From NCBI GenBank assembly GCA_016868575.1, contig VGGL01000005.1:108-64107 (forward strand): a DNA stretch of 64,000 bases. The letters run 5' to 3'. The position numbers and the translations under genes are program-made. The stretch is from Bacteroidota bacterium (lineage in GTDB: Bacteria > Bacteroidota > Bacteroidia > Bacteroidales > FEN-979). Under the pieces are notes generated by a model. The model made no database searches, was not told the origin of the DNA, and saw only the letters and a list, made by a program, of their open reading frames with translations. Every line of letters begins with the position of its first letter. Within the stretch, counting starts at the first letter, position 1. Shown here piece by piece: positions 28,641-40,259 of this stretch.

Positions 28641-29246
28641 TTACTTGGAATACAATTCAACGATCAATTGTTCCCGGATGTTTTCAGGGATTTGGTCTCT
28701 GGATGGATAATTCATCATTTTCCCGCTCATCAGATCCTGGTCCCATTCCAACCAGGGATACTGGTTTGATCTTGAACTCAGGGCTACGGTGATCACTTCG
28801 AGGGATTTGGAGCGTTCCCGAACACCCACAATATCACCTGGGCGAAGTTCACAGGAAGGGATGTTAACCACTTTCCCGTTCACGGTGATGTGGCGATGGG
28901 AAACCAACTGGCGTGCAGCGGCCCGTGTAGGGGCAATCCCCAGGCGGAAGACCACATTATCCAGCCGGGCTTCGATGAGTTGCAGCAGCACCTCACCCGT
29001 TACGCCTTTCTTGCTGGAAGCTCTGTGGAAGATGTTCTTGAACTGGCGTTCCAGGATGCCGTATGTATACTTGGCTTTCTGCTTTTCCATGGATTGGGTG
29101 CCATATTCAGAGACTTTTGAGCGTCTTCTGGAGGTACCATGCATTCCGGGTGGATAGTTCTTTTTTTCAAAGTATTTATCGGGTCCATAGATCGGATCCT
29201 TGAACTTTCGGGCTATCTTTGATTTTGGTCCAATGTATCTTGCCAT
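28641..29246 (-). CDS. rpsD: 30S ribosomal protein S4
   Basis: [15 protein letters not shown]... Confidence 0.96.
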   Translation of the reverse strand: MARYIGPKSKIARKFKDPIYGPDKYFEKKNYPPGMHGTSRRRSKVSEYGTQSMEKQKAKYTYGILERQFKNIFHRASSKKGVTGEVLLQLIEARLDNVVFRLGIAPTRAAARQLVSHRHITVNGKVVNIPSCELRPGDIVGVRERSKSLEVITVALSSRSNQYPWLEWDQDLMSGKMMNYPSRDQIPENIREQLIVELYSK

Positions 29247-29282
29247 TTCGACGTTATTTTATTTTTTGTGATTCAGCAGTGA

Positions 29283-29672
29283 TTATACCCGGCGTCTTTT
29301 CGGTGGTCTGCAACCATTATGTGGCAACGGGGTGATGTCGACGATCTCCATCACCTCAATCCCGGCTGTATGGATGGTACGGATAGCCGATTCCCTCCCT
29401 GCTCCGGGTCCACGAACAAATACCTTTACTTTTCTCAGTCCCAGATCGTGTGCAACCTTTGCACAGTCGGCCGCGGCCATCTGAGCGGCATAAGGAGTGT
29501 TTTTCTTCGAACCCTTGAAACCCATTTTCCCGGCCGATGACCAGGAGATCACCTGTCCGGCACTGTTGGTAAGGGTTACGATGATGTTGTTAAATGAAGC
29601 GTTTACGTAAGCTCTGCCAATCGCATCAATTTTCACGACCCGCTTCCTGGCGCTCTTTTCCGATTTTGCCAT
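29283..29672 (-). CDS. rpsK: 30S ribosomal protein S11
   Basis: ...[18 protein letters not shown]... Confidence 0.96.
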   Translation of the reverse strand: MAKSEKSARKRVVKIDAIGRAYVNASFNNIIVTLTNSAGQVISWSSAGKMGFKGSKKNTPYAAQMAAADCAKVAHDLGLRKVKVFVRGPGAGRESAIRTIHTAGIEVMEIVDITPLPHNGCRPPKRRRV

Positions 29673-29705
29673 TGTATGATATAAATATGATCGATAATTC
29701 AGTTT

Positions 29706-30086
29706 TTACCCTTTGGTTGCCTTTTTCTTGTTGGCAACGGTCTTTTTCCTCCCTTTTCTGGTCCGGGCATTGTTTTTTGTGCTTTGCCCCCGAACAGGAA
29801 GTCCAACCCGGTGACGAATGCCACGGTAACTTCCGATGTCCATCAGCCGTTTGATGTTCATTTGAACCTCCGACCGGAGCGCACCCTCAACCTTGAACTT
29901 GTCGTTGATGATGGTTCTGATCTTGTTCTGTTCGTCATCATTCCAATCCTGGACTTTCTTATTCAGGTCGATGCCCGCTTCCTTCAGGATCTTCTGGGCA
30001 GAACTCCTGCCAATGCCGAAAATATAAGTCAGACCTACTTCTCCCCTTTTCTGCTTGGGAAGGTCAATTCCTGCAATTCTTGCCAT
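29706..30086 (-). CDS. rpsM: 30S ribosomal protein S13
   Basis: [26 protein letters not shown]. Confidence 0.96.
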   Translation of the reverse strand: MARIAGIDLPKQKRGEVGLTYIFGIGRSSAQKILKEAGIDLNKKVQDWNDDEQNKIRTIINDKFKVEGALRSEVQMNIKRLMDIGSYRGIRHRVGLPVRGQSTKNNARTRKGRKKTVANKKKATKG

Positions 30087-30110
30087 ATATATTGCCTTTT
30101 GATATTGTTC

Positions 30111-30227
30111 TTATCCTTGACGTTGTTTGTACTTGGGTTCTTTCTTGTTTATCACAAAGAGTTTACCCTTCCTCCTGACGATCTTGCAGTCGGCTGTTCT
30201 CTTCTTGATAGATGTACGGACTTTCAT
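30111..30227 (-). CDS. rpmJ: 50S ribosomal protein L36
   Basis: Not in the ORF track because it is under 60 aa. Hand translation gives [38 protein letters not shown], located between infA and rpsM. Confidence 0.9.
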   Translation of the reverse strand: MKVRTSIKKRTADCKIVRRKGKLFVINKKEPKYKQRQG

Positions 30228-30239
30228 GCGTTTTCTTTT

Positions 30240-30458
30240 TTATTGATATCTGAACGTAATTCTTCCTTTTGTCAAGTCATATGGCGACATCTCAATCCGA
30301 ACCTTGTCTCCGGGTAAGATTTTGATGTAATGCATCCTCATTTTCCCGGAGATATGGGCGATGATGACGTGGCCATTCTCGAGTTCAACCCGGAACATGG
30401 CATTTCCCAGTGATTCGATAACCACCCCATCTTGCTGGATTGAAGCTTGTTTTGACAT
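30240..30458 (-). CDS. infA: Translation initiation factor IF-1
   Basis: [30 protein letters not shown]. Confidence 0.96.
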   Translation of the reverse strand: MSKQASIQQDGVVIESLGNAMFRVELENGHVIIAHISGKMRMHYIKILPGDKVRIEMSPYDLTKGRITFRYQ

Positions 30459-30464
30459 TGATCC

Positions 30465-31250
30465 TTATATATTTGAAACCATTGTTTCTTCAATAAACCG
30501 GAAGGTTGAGAGCATTTCTGCCCGATCTTTCCGGACAACCACCGTCAGCTCAAAATGGGCTGACGGTTTTCCATCGGCAGTCCGGATCGTCCATCCATCC
30601 GAACCATGGGTGATGTTTCTTGTTCCCAGGTTGATCATGGGTTCAATGCAGAGCACCATTCCTTCGCGGAGTTTCATCCCGGTCCCCCGTTTCCCATAAT
30701 TGGGAATTTCCGGTTTCTCATGCAACTCCATTCCAAGCCCGTGACCAACAAGGTCCCTGACTACCGAATAACCTTTCGTTTCAACATAGCCTTGCACCGC
30801 CCGGCTGATATCTCCTACTCTTTTTCCGGCCAGTGCCGCTTCGATTCCTCTGAACAGAGAGGCCTTGGTATGATCCAGGAGGGCTTTGATATCAGGAGCA
30901 ACTTCACCCACTTCAAAAGTATAGGCTGAATCTCCATAATAGCCATTTTTCTTTGTTCCGCAATCGATCGAAACGATATCACCATTTAAAAGAACGCGTT
31001 CACCGGGTATGCCGTGAACCACTTCATCATTCACTGAGATGCACAGTGTTGCCGGATAACCCTGGTACCCTTTAAACCCGGGTACTGCTCCATGGTCCCT
31101 GATATAAGTCTCTGCGACTTGATCCAGGATACTTGTTTTCACCCCGGGCTTGATACACCTGGCTACTTCTGCCAGGGTTTTACTGACCAGGATGGCATTT
31201 TCCCTCAGGAATTCAATCTCTTGCTCGTTTTTTTCCAACGATCCAGCCAT
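30465..31250 (-). CDS. map: Type I methionine aminopeptidase
   Basis: ...VVHGIPG...DIVSIDCG...HGLGMELHE... Confidence 0.93.
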   Translation of the reverse strand: MAGSLEKNEQEIEFLRENAILVSKTLAEVARCIKPGVKTSILDQVAETYIRDHGAVPGFKGYQGYPATLCISVNDEVVHGIPGERVLLNGDIVSIDCGTKKNGYYGDSAYTFEVGEVAPDIKALLDHTKASLFRGIEAALAGKRVGDISRAVQGYVETKGYSVVRDLVGHGLGMELHEKPEIPNYGKRGTGMKLREGMVLCIEPMINLGTRNITHGSDGWTIRTADGKPSAHFELTVVVRKDRAEMLSTFRFIEETMVSNI

Positions 31251-31259
31251 GATCCGGGG

Positions 31260-32624
31260 TTATCCCGTCATACCCATACTCCTTCCCTTGATCCGCCCCG
31301 ACTTTGTCAATCCATCATAATGGCGCATCAGTAGATGGCTTTCGACCTGTTGCAGGGTGTCTAATACAACCCCAACAAGGATCAGCAAAGAAGTACCTCC
31401 ATAAAATTGAGCAAACTGGGTATTTACACCCACCAGCCTGACCAGTGCCGGCATGATGGCTACAAAACCCAGAAAGATTGATCCCGGCAAAACAATGCGC
31501 GACATCACGCTGTCAATGAACTCTGCCGTTTTTCGACCCGGCTTAACCCCGGGAATAAAGCCGCCATTTTTCTTCATATCCTCAGCCATCTGGTTGGGAT
31601 TGATGGTAATGGCGGTGTAGAAATAGGTAAACAAGATGATCAGTATAAAGAAAATAAAGTTATACCAAAAACTATTGATATCTGTGAAAGTACGGGCAAT
31701 ACCGCTCAGTGTTTGCGATTCTGCAAAACCGGCAATGGTGAGCGGCAGGAACATGATCGCCTGGGCAAAAATGATCGGCATCACGCCGGCAGTATTTACC
31801 TTGAGCGGGATATATTGCCGTACTCCGCCGTATTGCTTGTTTCCAACAATTCTCTTGGCGTATTGCACAGGGATCTTGCGGGTTCCCTGTACGAGCAGGA
31901 TCGTGATAATAATAACCACAACCAAAATGGCAAGTTCAACAACAAAAAACACCAGACCACCGCCTTTCTGCTCCATCCGGGAGGCCAGCTCTCCGAAGAG
32001 TGCAAATGGCAGCCGGGCAATGATACCGATCATGATGATCAGAGAAATACCATTCCCGATCCCTTTGTCGGTGATCCGTTCACCCAGCCACATAACGAAC
32101 ATCGAACCGGCAGTTAGGATGATGATCGAAGAGATACCGAAGAAGGAAAACACCGAATGCATCGTAACATTTGGATTGAACGGAGCGATGGCTTCGGCTG
32201 GGAGCTGGGATGCAAGATTGGCAATGTATGCGGGTGACTGGAATACCAGGATTATGACCGTCAGGTAGCGGGTGATTTGGTTGATCTTCTTCCGGCCACT
32301 CTCTCCTTCCTTCTGTAAACGCTGGAAGTAAGGTATGGCCATGGTGAGGAGCTGCACAACGATGGATGCCGAAATGTACGGCATGATCCCAAGGGCAAAG
32401 ATGGAGGCGTTGGCAAATGCACCGCCGCTGAACATGTTGAGCAGACCGAGCAAGCCACTTGATGACTGATTCTGCAGGCTGGCCAGCATCCCCGGGTCAA
32501 TGCCCGGAAGAACAACATAAGATCCTATCCGGTAGATCAGGATGATGCCCAATGTGTACATGATCCGCTTCCGAAGTTCTTCGATCTTGTAGATGTTCCT
32601 TAATGTCTGTATGAGTTTTTTCAT
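31260..32624 (-). CDS. secY: Preprotein translocase subunit SecY
   Basis: Ten-span profile, GIMPYISASIVVQLL, and its position after rplO. Confidence 0.96.
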   Translation of the reverse strand: MKKLIQTLRNIYKIEELRKRIMYTLGIILIYRIGSYVVLPGIDPGMLASLQNQSSSGLLGLLNMFSGGAFANASIFALGIMPYISASIVVQLLTMAIPYFQRLQKEGESGRKKINQITRYLTVIILVFQSPAYIANLASQLPAEAIAPFNPNVTMHSVFSFFGISSIIILTAGSMFVMWLGERITDKGIGNGISLIIMIGIIARLPFALFGELASRMEQKGGGLVFFVVELAILVVVIIITILLVQGTRKIPVQYAKRIVGNKQYGGVRQYIPLKVNTAGVMPIIFAQAIMFLPLTIAGFAESQTLSGIARTFTDINSFWYNFIFFILIILFTYFYTAITINPNQMAEDMKKNGGFIPGVKPGRKTAEFIDSVMSRIVLPGSIFLGFVAIMPALVRLVGVNTQFAQFYGGTSLLILVGVVLDTLQQVESHLLMRHYDGLTKSGRIKGRSMGMTG

Positions 32625-32658
32625 CCCGTTGCTGATTTTTCAGTTATAGAACAGGTCA

Positions 32659-33111
32659 TTAGGCTTTGATGATTTGGGCAGATCCGCCGGCTGCTTCAAT
32701 GGCTTTGAGTGCTGACTGGGAGAAAGCATGGGCTGTAACATCAACCTTGGCTTTCAGTTCTCCCCGACCCAGGATTTTTACCAGGTCCTTCTTACCAACC
32801 ACTCCGTGTTCATACAATGTCTCGGCATTAATCGTGGCAAGACCCTTTGCATCAACCAGTTTCTGTAGTACATCCAGGTTGATCCCTTTATATTCTTTCC
32901 GGGAGATATTGGTAAATCCGAATTTTGGGAGCCGCCGTGACAAAGGCATTTGTCCGCCTTCATGTCCAACCTTCTTGGTGTAACCGCTTCTTGACCTGGC
33001 TCCCTTATGCCCTCTGGCTGATGTTCTCCCCTTCCCGGAACCTTGTCCGCGGCCAACGCGTTTGCTCTTTTTAACAGCGCCTTTTGCGGGCTTCAAATTG
33101 CTTAAATCCAT
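32659..33111 (-). CDS. rplO: 50S ribosomal protein L15
   Basis: MDLSNLKPAKGAVKKSKRVGRGQGSGKG. Confidence 0.95.
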   Translation of the reverse strand: MDLSNLKPAKGAVKKSKRVGRGQGSGKGRTSARGHKGARSRSGYTKKVGHEGGQMPLSRRLPKFGFTNISRKEYKGINLDVLQKLVDAKGLATINAETLYEHGVVGKKDLVKILGRGELKAKVDVTAHAFSQSALKAIEAAGGSAQIIKA

Positions 33112-33150
33112 GATGTAAGTATATCTTTTTGGATTGGTAATTCAAATTCA

Positions 33151-33333
33151 TTATTCAACTTCTTCAACCCTGACCAGGTGATCCACTTTTCGGATCATTC
33201 CCAGGATCTGGGGTGATGGGTTAAGTTTAACGGAATGACCCAGCCTCCTGAGACCCAGGGCCAGCAAGGTGCGTTTCTGCCGCTCCGGTTTTCCGATCTG
33301 GCTTCTAACCTGTGTGATTTTCAATTTTTTCAT
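33151..33333 (-). CDS. rpmD: 50S ribosomal protein L30
   Basis: [28 protein letters not shown]. Confidence 0.93.
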   Translation of the reverse strand: MKKLKITQVRSQIGKPERQKRTLLALGLRRLGHSVKLNPSPQILGMIRKVDHLVRVEEVE

Positions 33334-33354
33334 CGAATGAAGTTTTGCTGGTAA

Positions 33355-33873
33355 TTATCCCTTAAATACTTTTTCCAGACTCACGCCCCGCAATTGGGAA
33401 ACAGTAAATGGATCCTTGAGTTGGAGCAGCGCATGGATGGTAGCTTTCACCACGCTGTGGGGGTTGGAGCTCCCCTTTGATTTGGCGAGCACGTCTTTCA
33501 CTCCCACGCTTTCCAATACTGCGCGCATGGCGCCTCCCGCGATAACTCCCGTTCCGGGTGCTGCAGGCTTGATATAAACCAGTGCACCGCTATATTTGCC
33601 GGTTGTATCATGCGGAATGGTACCTTTCAGTACGGGCACCTTGATCAGGTTCTTCTTGGCATCATCAATCCCTTTGGAGATGGCTGCAGTAACCTCTTTG
33701 GCCTTGCCAAGACCATAGCCCACCACACCGTTTTCATTGCCAACCACTACGATGGCAGAAAAACTGAAGGCACGTCCGCCTTTGGTTACCTTGGTTACGC
33801 GCTGGATGCTGACCAGCCGGTCTTTGAATTCGATTTCGCTCGATTTTACTCTTTTGATATCTACGTTTCCCAT
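33355..33873 (-). CDS. rpsE: 30S ribosomal protein S5
   Basis: ...[26 protein letters not shown]... Confidence 0.96.
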   Translation of the reverse strand: MGNVDIKRVKSSEIEFKDRLVSIQRVTKVTKGGRAFSFSAIVVVGNENGVVGYGLGKAKEVTAAISKGIDDAKKNLIKVPVLKGTIPHDTTGKYSGALVYIKPAAPGTGVIAGGAMRAVLESVGVKDVLAKSKGSSNPHSVVKATIHALLQLKDPFTVSQLRGVSLEKVFKG

Positions 33874-33883
33874 GATTGATGTT

Positions 33884-34246
33884 TTAGAATTTCAGTCCTC
33901 CTTCTCTGGCAGCTTCAGCCAAGGCTTTTACCCTGCCATGATATAAATAACCATTGCGGTCGAAGACCACCGATTGAATACCTGCCTGGGTTGCCCGTTC
34001 AGCAAGTAATTTTCCGACCAGCTTGGCCTGTTCGGTTTTGTTTGCTTTAACCGCCACAATTTCCTTGACCCTGGAGGAAGCGCTCGCCAGCGTTTTTCCG
34101 GCCAGGTCATCAATGACCTGGGCATAGATTTGCTGGTTACTCCTGAAAACGGTTAGCCGGGGTCTTTCCGGAGTGCCTGAAATGATCTTGCGAATCCTTT
34201 TCCTGATTCTGGTTCTTCTGTATTCTTTTCTCGATTTAATTGCCAT
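33884..34246 (-). CDS. rplR: 50S ribosomal protein L18
   Basis: ...[18 protein letters not shown]...[16 protein letters not shown]. Confidence 0.95.
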   Translation of the reverse strand: MAIKSRKEYRRTRIRKRIRKIISGTPERPRLTVFRSNQQIYAQVIDDLAGKTLASASSRVKEIVAVKANKTEQAKLVGKLLAERATQAGIQSVVFDRNGYLYHGRVKALAEAAREGGLKF

Positions 34247-34282
34247 CCTGGTTGGTATTTAATGTTTAAGGATGATAGCTGC

Positions 34283-34837
34283 TTATGCAGATGCTGATTT
34301 ACCGGCTTTTTTCCTGATTTCTTCTCCGGCAAAACGGATCCCTTTCTGTTTGTAGGGTTCCGGTGGTCGCAGCGAACGAATCTTGGCTGCAACCTGTCCG
34401 ATCAGCTGCTTGTTGTTTGATTTGAGGGTGATCGTCGGGTTCTTTCCACGCTCGGTAACTGTTTCAACCTTCACTTCGGGAGGAAGTTCAAGGACGATAT
34501 TGTGTGAATAACCCAGAGAGAGCTCAAGCAGTTGTCCGTTTGCATTGGCTTTATACCCAACGCCTACAATTTCCTGGACGATGGTATATCCTTCCGAAAC
34601 CCCTTTCACCATGTTGGCCAGCAGGGCCCTGTAAAGGCCATGTATGGACCGGTCGGTCTTGTTCTCTGATTGCCGTTCAACGAACATTTGGTTCCCATCC
34701 ATGCGGATGATAATTCTGGGATCAACCTGCTGTTGCAGTTCGCCAAGTTTCCCTTTCACATGAACCAGGTTCTCAGCAGAGACCGTCACCTGTACACCAT
34801 CCGGGATCACGATCGGTAATTTTCCTATTCTTGACAT
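34283..34837 (-). CDS. rplF: 50S ribosomal protein L6
   Basis: MSRIGKLPIVIPDGVQVTV. Confidence 0.96.
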   Translation of the reverse strand: MSRIGKLPIVIPDGVQVTVSAENLVHVKGKLGELQQQVDPRIIIRMDGNQMFVERQSENKTDRSIHGLYRALLANMVKGVSEGYTIVQEIVGVGYKANANGQLLELSLGYSHNIVLELPPEVKVETVTERGKNPTITLKSNNKQLIGQVAAKIRSLRPPEPYKQKGIRFAGEEIRKKAGKSASA

Positions 34838-34850
34838 TGTAATATGCTGT

Positions 34851-35249
34851 TTAACTGATGTAACAAATCACTTCCCCGCCAATTTTCTGCTGACGGGCTT
34901 CCTTGTCGGTCATCAACCCCTGGGAGGTGGAGATGACTGCGATTCCAAGGCCATTCATAACACGGGGAAGCTTGTCAGCCGGAACATATTTTCTCAAACC
35001 TGGTGAGCTCACCCGTTCCAGTTTGGTGATGGCAGGTTGTTTGGTCACCGGATGGTACTTCAACGCGATCTTGATCACGCCTGGTTTTGGTTCATCTTCC
35101 GTCTTGAAATTGAGGATATAACCTTTCTCCATCAGGATGCGGGTAAGTTCCTTTTTCATGTTCGATGCCGGTATCTCGACGATCCGGTGGTTGGCCATCA
35201 CGGCATTTCTGACTCTGGTCAGATAGTCTGCAATTGGGTCTGTAACCAT
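34851..35249 (-). CDS. rpsH: 30S ribosomal protein S8
   Basis: [16 protein letters not shown]. Confidence 0.96.
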   Translation of the reverse strand: MVTDPIADYLTRVRNAVMANHRIVEIPASNMKKELTRILMEKGYILNFKTEDEPKPGVIKIALKYHPVTKQPAITKLERVSSPGLRKYVPADKLPRVMNGLGIAVISTSQGLMTDKEARQQKIGGEVICYIS

Positions 35250-35279
35250 TTGTATTTTTCTATTTTCTTCTCTATTCTA

Positions 35280-35549
35280 TTACCAACTCGCTTTTTTCAA
35301 ACCGGGGATCATACCCTTGAGCGCCATCTCGCGGAAGTTGATCCTTGAGATTCCGAAAAGACGCATATAGCCTTTGGGACGCCCGGTGATTTTGCACCGG
35401 TTATGAAGCCGTACCGGGGATGCGTTTCTCGGCAGCCTTTGCAAGCCGACGACATCTCCTGAAGCCTTGAGTGCAGCTCTTTTATCTGCATACTTGGCTA
35501 CCATACGCTCCTTTTTTTTCTCCCTTGCTTTAATCGATTCTTTTGCCAT
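35280..35549 (-). CDS. rpsN: 30S ribosomal protein S14
   Basis: [24 protein letters not shown]...[23 protein letters not shown]. The start was moved to 35549. Confidence 0.94.
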   Translation of the reverse strand: MAKESIKAREKKKERMVAKYADKRAALKASGDVVGLQRLPRNASPVRLHNRCKITGRPKGYMRLFGISRINFREMALKGMIPGLKKASW

Positions 35550-35553
35550 AAGA

Positions 35554-36108
35554 TTATTGTTGATTTTTAAAGGGTAATCCAAATTTTTTCAGCAAGGCCA
35601 ACGATTCGGCATCGGTCTTTGCAGTAGTGACGATCGAAACATCCAAACCGTTAATCTTGGTCACTTTGTCCATATCAATTTCCGGGAAGATGATCTGTTC
35701 CGGGATGCCCAGGGAGTAATTTCCTCGGCCATCGAAACCTTTGTCGTTGATGCCGCGAAAGTCCCTGATACGGGGGATGGCTACTGCAACCAGCCGGTCA
35801 AGAAATTCGTACATCCTGTCGCCACGCAATGTTACCCTGGCGCCAACCGGCATTCCTTTCCGGAGTTTAAAATTGGAGATGTCCTTCCTGGATTTGGTAG
35901 CAACTGCCTTCTGCCCTGCGATCATGGTCAATTCGGCAATGCCTGAATCGATCAGCTTCTTGTCGGCGATGGCATCTCCGATACCCTGGTTGATACAGAT
36001 CTTGACCAGCCGTGGTACCTCCATGTTCGATTTGTAACCGAACTGCGTCATCAATACAGGAACAATTTCGTTCCTGTATTTATCCTTGAGTCTTGGTGAA
36101 TAGGCCAT
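35554..36108 (-). CDS. rplE: 50S ribosomal protein L5
   Basis: [20 protein letters not shown]. Confidence 0.96.
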   Translation of the reverse strand: MAYSPRLKDKYRNEIVPVLMTQFGYKSNMEVPRLVKICINQGIGDAIADKKLIDSGIAELTMIAGQKAVATKSRKDISNFKLRKGMPVGARVTLRGDRMYEFLDRLVAVAIPRIRDFRGINDKGFDGRGNYSLGIPEQIIFPEIDMDKVTKINGLDVSIVTTAKTDAESLALLKKFGLPFKNQQ

Positions 36109-36431
36109 TATTTAATTACCTCCCCTGATTTTTTGGAATAACGGATCAGTTTATTGGTTTTGGTGTCCATCTTTCTACCTGTCCGGGTTGGTTTGCTGGA
36201 TGCGTCCAGAACCATGAGGTTAGAGATATGGACGGGGGCTTCTTTTTTAATAATACCGCCCTGGGGCTTCTTGGCGTTGGGTTTGGTATGCTTGGACACC
36301 AGGTTGATACCTTCAACGATGGCGGTTCCCTTCATGGGTGAAACGCGGAGTACTTTCCCTTGTTGTCCCCGGGAATTTCCGGCAATCACTTTAACCATGT
36401 CGCCCTTCTTGATGTGTGTCTTTATTTTCAT
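36108..36431 (-). CDS. rplX: 50S ribosomal protein L24
   Basis: [24 protein letters not shown]. There is a 1-nt TAATG overlap with rplE. Confidence 0.95.
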   Translation of the reverse strand: MKIKTHIKKGDMVKVIAGNSRGQQGKVLRVSPMKGTAIVEGINLVSKHTKPNAKKPQGGIIKKEAPVHISNLMVLDASSKPTRTGRKMDTKTNKLIRYSKKSGEVIK

Positions 36432-36446
36432 GTGGAAAATATCTGT

Positions 36447-36815
36447 TTAAAGCACTTCCGGTGCCAGTGAAACGATTTTCATGTATTGTTTTTCTCTCAG
36501 TTCCCTGGCGACAGGTCCGAAGATACGTGTACCGATCATCTCTCCCGTTGCATTCAACAACACCACGGCATTGTCATCAAACCGGATATATGATCCATCG
36601 CTGCGACGGATCTCTTTCTTCGTCCTGACAACCACTGCTTTGGAAACAGTACCTTTTTTGATATTTCCGGATGGAATGGCATGTTTCACGGTAACAACGA
36701 TGGTATCGCCCACCGATGCATAGCGTTTGCGGGTTCCGCCAAGAACCTTGATACACAGCACCTCTTTGGCGCCACTGTTATCAGCCACAGTTAGTCTGCT
36801 TTCCTGCTGTATCAT
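36447..36815 (-). CDS. rplN: 50S ribosomal protein L14
   Basis: [27 protein letters not shown]. Confidence 0.97.
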   Translation of the reverse strand: MIQQESRLTVADNSGAKEVLCIKVLGGTRKRYASVGDTIVVTVKHAIPSGNIKKGTVSKAVVVRTKKEIRRSDGSYIRFDDNAVVLLNATGEMIGTRIFGPVARELREKQYMKIVSLAPEVL

Positions 36816-36817
36816 AA

Positions 36818-37081
36818 TTATCTAGCTCTTTCAATGATTTCTACCATTCTCCAGCATTTCTGCTTACTTAAGGGTCGTGTTTCCATGATTTTCACCAGGT
36901 CACCTTCCTTGGAGTCATTTTTTTCATCATGGGCCATAAAACGGGATGTCTTTTTCACAAACTTCCCATATTTGGGATGTTTGATCCTCCGTTCCACCTC
37001 CACGATAATAGATTTTTGCATGTTGGTACTGACGACAATACCTATCTTTTCTTTTCTAAGATTACGGTTTTCCATAGCCAA
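36818..37081 (-). CDS. rpsQ: 30S ribosomal protein S17
   Basis: ...[29 protein letters not shown]... Confidence 0.94.
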   Translation of the reverse strand: MAMENRNLRKEKIGIVVSTNMQKSIIVEVERRIKHPKYGKFVKKTSRFMAHDEKNDSKEGDLVKIMETRPLSKQKCWRMVEIIERAR

Positions 37082-37087
37082 AGCCGG

Positions 37088-37303
37088 TTACTTATTTTTA
37101 TTTTGTGACATTTCCTCGAGCTGGCGTCTCCTGAGTTCGGTTTCCATCCTGGCGATGGTTTTCCTGTAAGTCTGGATTTTCTTGGGATTTTCCAGGGAGG
37201 AAACGGCATGGTTCAAGCGCATTTTCACCAGTTGTTTCTTTTCTTCTTCCAGCCTTTCCAGTAACTCTTTCAGGGAGAGTTCACGTATTACCTTTTGTTC
37301 CAT
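37088..37303 (-). CDS. rpmC: 50S ribosomal protein L29
   Basis: ...LSLKELLERLEEEKKQLVKMRLNHAV... Confidence 0.9.
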   Translation of the reverse strand: MEQKVIRELSLKELLERLEEEKKQLVKMRLNHAVSSLENPKKIQTYRKTIARMETELRRRQLEEMSQNKNK

Positions 37304-37343
37304 TTCGATGATGATTATCTATTGATTTATCCGGTGTTTCCTG

Positions 37344-37763
37344 TTATTCCTTATAATCCCTGCGAAGGATGAATTTTGTATTGACCGGCAATTTCTGGGC
37401 GCCCAGCCGGAGGGCTTCCTTAGCCACTTCCAGAGGAACGCCATCGGCTTCAAAAAGAATGCGGCCGGGGGTTACCGGGGCAACGAAGTATTCCGGTGCA
37501 CCTTTTCCCTTACCCATTCTGACTTCAGCCGGTTTTTTGGTCACCGGTTTATCAGGAAATATTCTGATCCAGAGTTGACCTTCCCTTTTCATGTGACGGG
37601 TCACGGCCTGACGGGCGGCTTCGATCTGTCGCCCGGTGATCCAGGCTTCTTCCAGGGTTTTTATTCCAAAGGAGCCGAAGGCAAGCTGATTGCCTTTTTG
37701 GGCGAACCCCTTCATCTTGCCCTTTTGTTGTTTTCTGTACTTTGTTTTCTTCGGTTGTAACAT
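37344..37763 (-). CDS. rplP: 50S ribosomal protein L16
   Basis: [19 protein letters not shown]. Confidence 0.96.
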   Translation of the reverse strand: MLQPKKTKYRKQQKGKMKGFAQKGNQLAFGSFGIKTLEEAWITGRQIEAARQAVTRHMKREGQLWIRIFPDKPVTKKPAEVRMGKGKGAPEYFVAPVTPGRILFEADGVPLEVAKEALRLGAQKLPVNTKFILRRDYKE

Positions 37764-37787
37764 AGCTGATGAAGAAATATATGATGA

Positions 37788-38510
37788 TTATCCTTTTCTG
37801 TTTCTTGTTCTACCACCCCTAGGAACCCTTGGCCTTTGTTCGTTGATGGTTTTAGGTCCGGCTGTTGTTGGGAACAGGTCTGGTTTGCCATAGACTTCTC
37901 CCTTGCAGATCCAAACCTTCATTCCGATACGGCCGTAAGTTGTATGAGCTTCGGCGGTGGCATAGTCGATATCGGCACGGAACGTGTGCAGGGGGATTCT
38001 CCCCTCCTTATACTGTTCCCTTCTGGCCATTTCAGCGCCTCCCAACCTGCCGGAGATAAGCACTTTGATCCCTTCCGCCCCAATTCTCATAGTGGAAGAA
38101 ATGGCCGTCTTGATGGCCCGGCGATAAGAGATCCGGCCTTCTATCTGGCTGGCAATCGCGTTGGCTACGATCACAGCATCGAGTTCCGGCCGCTTGATTT
38201 CCGAGATATTGATCTGAATCTCCTTGGTTGTCAGTTTCTTAAGCTCTTCCTTCAGCTTGTCAACCTCCGCACCGCCTTTGCCGATGATAATGCCGGGTCT
38301 GGCCGTATGGATGGTCACCGTGATGAGCTTCAGGGCACGTTCAATCACAATCTTTGAAATGCCGGCTTTAGATAATCTCGCCGACAGGTATTTCCTGATC
38401 TTTTCATCTTCGATGAGTTTCGGTGCAAAGTTTTTGCCACCATACCAGACGGAATCCCATCCACGGATGATTCCAAGCCTGTTAGCGATCGGATTCGTTT
38501 TTTGTCCCAT
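37788..38510 (-). CDS. rpsC: 30S ribosomal protein S3
   Basis: [20 protein letters not shown]. Confidence 0.96.
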   Translation of the reverse strand: MGQKTNPIANRLGIIRGWDSVWYGGKNFAPKLIEDEKIRKYLSARLSKAGISKIVIERALKLITVTIHTARPGIIIGKGGAEVDKLKEELKKLTTKEIQINISEIKRPELDAVIVANAIASQIEGRISYRRAIKTAISSTMRIGAEGIKVLISGRLGGAEMARREQYKEGRIPLHTFRADIDYATAEAHTTYGRIGMKVWICKGEVYGKPDLFPTTAGPKTINEQRPRVPRGGRTRNRKG

Positions 38511-39109
38511 TAATTATCTGATGATTTTTTGTTATCTTTTGTCTCTTTTTTGGCTGTTTTTTTCTTTGCAGGAGTTTTTTTCGCAGCAGCTTCCTTTTTC
38601 GCTCCGGTTGCCTTTTTGGCTGCGGCTTTAGCGGGGGCTGCTTTTTTGGTCACTTTCTTCACCGGTTTTTCGTCTTCCTGCACCGATTCAAAAGCATTTT
38701 CGGGAAGTTCAGCAGAGCGAAGATCTCCCAGGATCATGGTCACATGGTTAGACCTTTTTCTGATCCTGTGGGCCCGACCGTGGGGAGCCGGGTGGATACG
38801 TTTGAGTGTACGTCCTTCATCGACGAAAATCTCCTTGATGAACAGGCCGGCATCATCCAGTTTCTCCCCTTCGTTTTTATTCTGCCAGTTGGAGATGGCT
38901 GAGATCAGCAGCTTGCGTAATCGCTCGGCCGGTCCTTTCTCGCAATTTTTAAGTATCATCAGGGCTTTCTCAACCGATGTACCCCTCACAAGGTCAGCCA
39001 CCAACCGTGTCTTTCTTGGTGAGGTTGGGCAGTTATTCAGCCGTGCCATGTAAAGCTTTTTCCGGCTCTCTTTTTTCTTCTCCGCTTTGTTGTGTATCTT
39101 GGATCCCAT
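38510..39109 (-). CDS. rplV: 50S ribosomal protein L22 with a ~70-aa Lys/Ala-rich C-terminal tail
   Basis: Core [22 protein letters not shown]...[16 protein letters not shown], then a tail [45 protein letters not shown]. Confidence 0.93.
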   Translation of the reverse strand: MGSKIHNKAEKKKESRKKLYMARLNNCPTSPRKTRLVADLVRGTSVEKALMILKNCEKGPAERLRKLLISAISNWQNKNEGEKLDDAGLFIKEIFVDEGRTLKRIHPAPHGRAHRIRKRSNHVTMILGDLRSAELPENAFESVQEDEKPVKKVTKKAAPAKAAAKKATGAKKEAAAKKTPAKKKTAKKETKDNKKSSDN

Positions 39110-39126
39110 GTCGTTAATCGGTTACT

Positions 39127-39405
39127 TTACTTTTTAGCCTTGTCTTTGTTTCCAGCATGTCCCCGGAAGATGCGGGTAGGTGCAAATTCTCCCAGTCTGT
39201 GTCCAACCATGTTTTCAGTCACATAAACAGGAATGAATTTATTCCCATTGTGCACTGCGATGGTCTGCCCGACAAAATCGGGAGAGATCACGGATGCCCT
39301 TGAGTAGGTCTTAATGGCTGTTTTCTTCTTCGACTCAACCATTTCAAGAACTTTCTTCTCAAGTTTAAAATGGATAAACGGACCTTTTTTTAATGAGCGG
39401 CTCAT
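39127..39405 (-). CDS. rpsS: 30S ribosomal protein S19
   Basis: [15 protein letters not shown]. Confidence 0.96.
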   Translation of the reverse strand: MSRSLKKGPFIHFKLEKKVLEMVESKKKTAIKTYSRASVISPDFVGQTIAVHNGNKFIPVYVTENMVGHRLGEFAPTRIFRGHAGNKDKAKK

Positions 39406-39430
39406 TGTTTCAGTGGTTTATTGCTGGTTG

Positions 39431-40255
39431 TTATTTCTTGCGTTTTTCAATGATATACTTACTGCTCGTTTTCTTTTTGGAGCGGGTTTTATATCCCTTG
39501 GCAGGCATGCCTTTCCGGGATCTTGGATGACCACCGGAGGCACGGCCTTCACCACCTCCCATGGGATGGTCAACCGGGTTCATGGCGACGCCACGGTTTC
39601 TGGGTCTCCGGCCAAGCCATCTTTTCCTGCCGGCTTTTCCCGACATTTCCAGGTTGTGCTCAATATTGGATACCATTCCAACCGTAGCCTTGCAGGTTTG
39701 CAGGATCATCCGGGTTTCACCACTGGGAAGCTTGATGGTAGCGTACTTCCCATCCCTCGACATCAGCTGGGCATAAGAGCCGGCACTCCGTGCCATTTTG
39801 GCTCCCTGTCCCGGGCGCAGTTCGATGTTGTGGATCACCGTTCCAAAAGGTATCTCGCTCAGGTACAAGGCATTGCCTATATCCGGAGACACCCCTTTCC
39901 CGGACAAGATCTGTTGTCCGACTTTTAACCCATGCGGGGCAATGATGTAGCGTTTTTCGCCATCTGCATAAGCTACAAGTGCGATGCGGGAAGTCCTGGC
40001 CGGATCATATTCAATGGAATGAACCACAGCAGGAATGCTGTCTTTTTCCCTTTTAAAATCAATGATCCGGTACATTTGTTTATGCCCGCCACCAAGGTAG
40101 CGCATGGTCATCTTCCCTTCGTTGTTCCTTCCGCCGCTTTTTTTCAGCGGAACCAATAAACTCTTCTCCGGTTTCGTTGCTGTGATCTCTTCAAAGGAGC
40201 TGATCAGCATGAAACGCCTTCCCGGTGTTGTTGGTTTGAATTTCTTGAGCGCCAT
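39431..40255 (-). CDS. rplB: 50S ribosomal protein L2
   Basis: [16 protein letters not shown]... Confidence 0.97.
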   Translation of the reverse strand: MALKKFKPTTPGRRFMLISSFEEITATKPEKSLLVPLKKSGGRNNEGKMTMRYLGGGHKQMYRIIDFKREKDSIPAVVHSIEYDPARTSRIALVAYADGEKRYIIAPHGLKVGQQILSGKGVSPDIGNALYLSEIPFGTVIHNIELRPGQGAKMARSAGSYAQLMSRDGKYATIKLPSGETRMILQTCKATVGMVSNIEHNLEMSGKAGRKRWLGRRPRNRGVAMNPVDHPMGGGEGRASGGHPRSRKGMPAKGYKTRSKKKTSSKYIIEKRKK

Positions 40256-40259
40256 TTAT

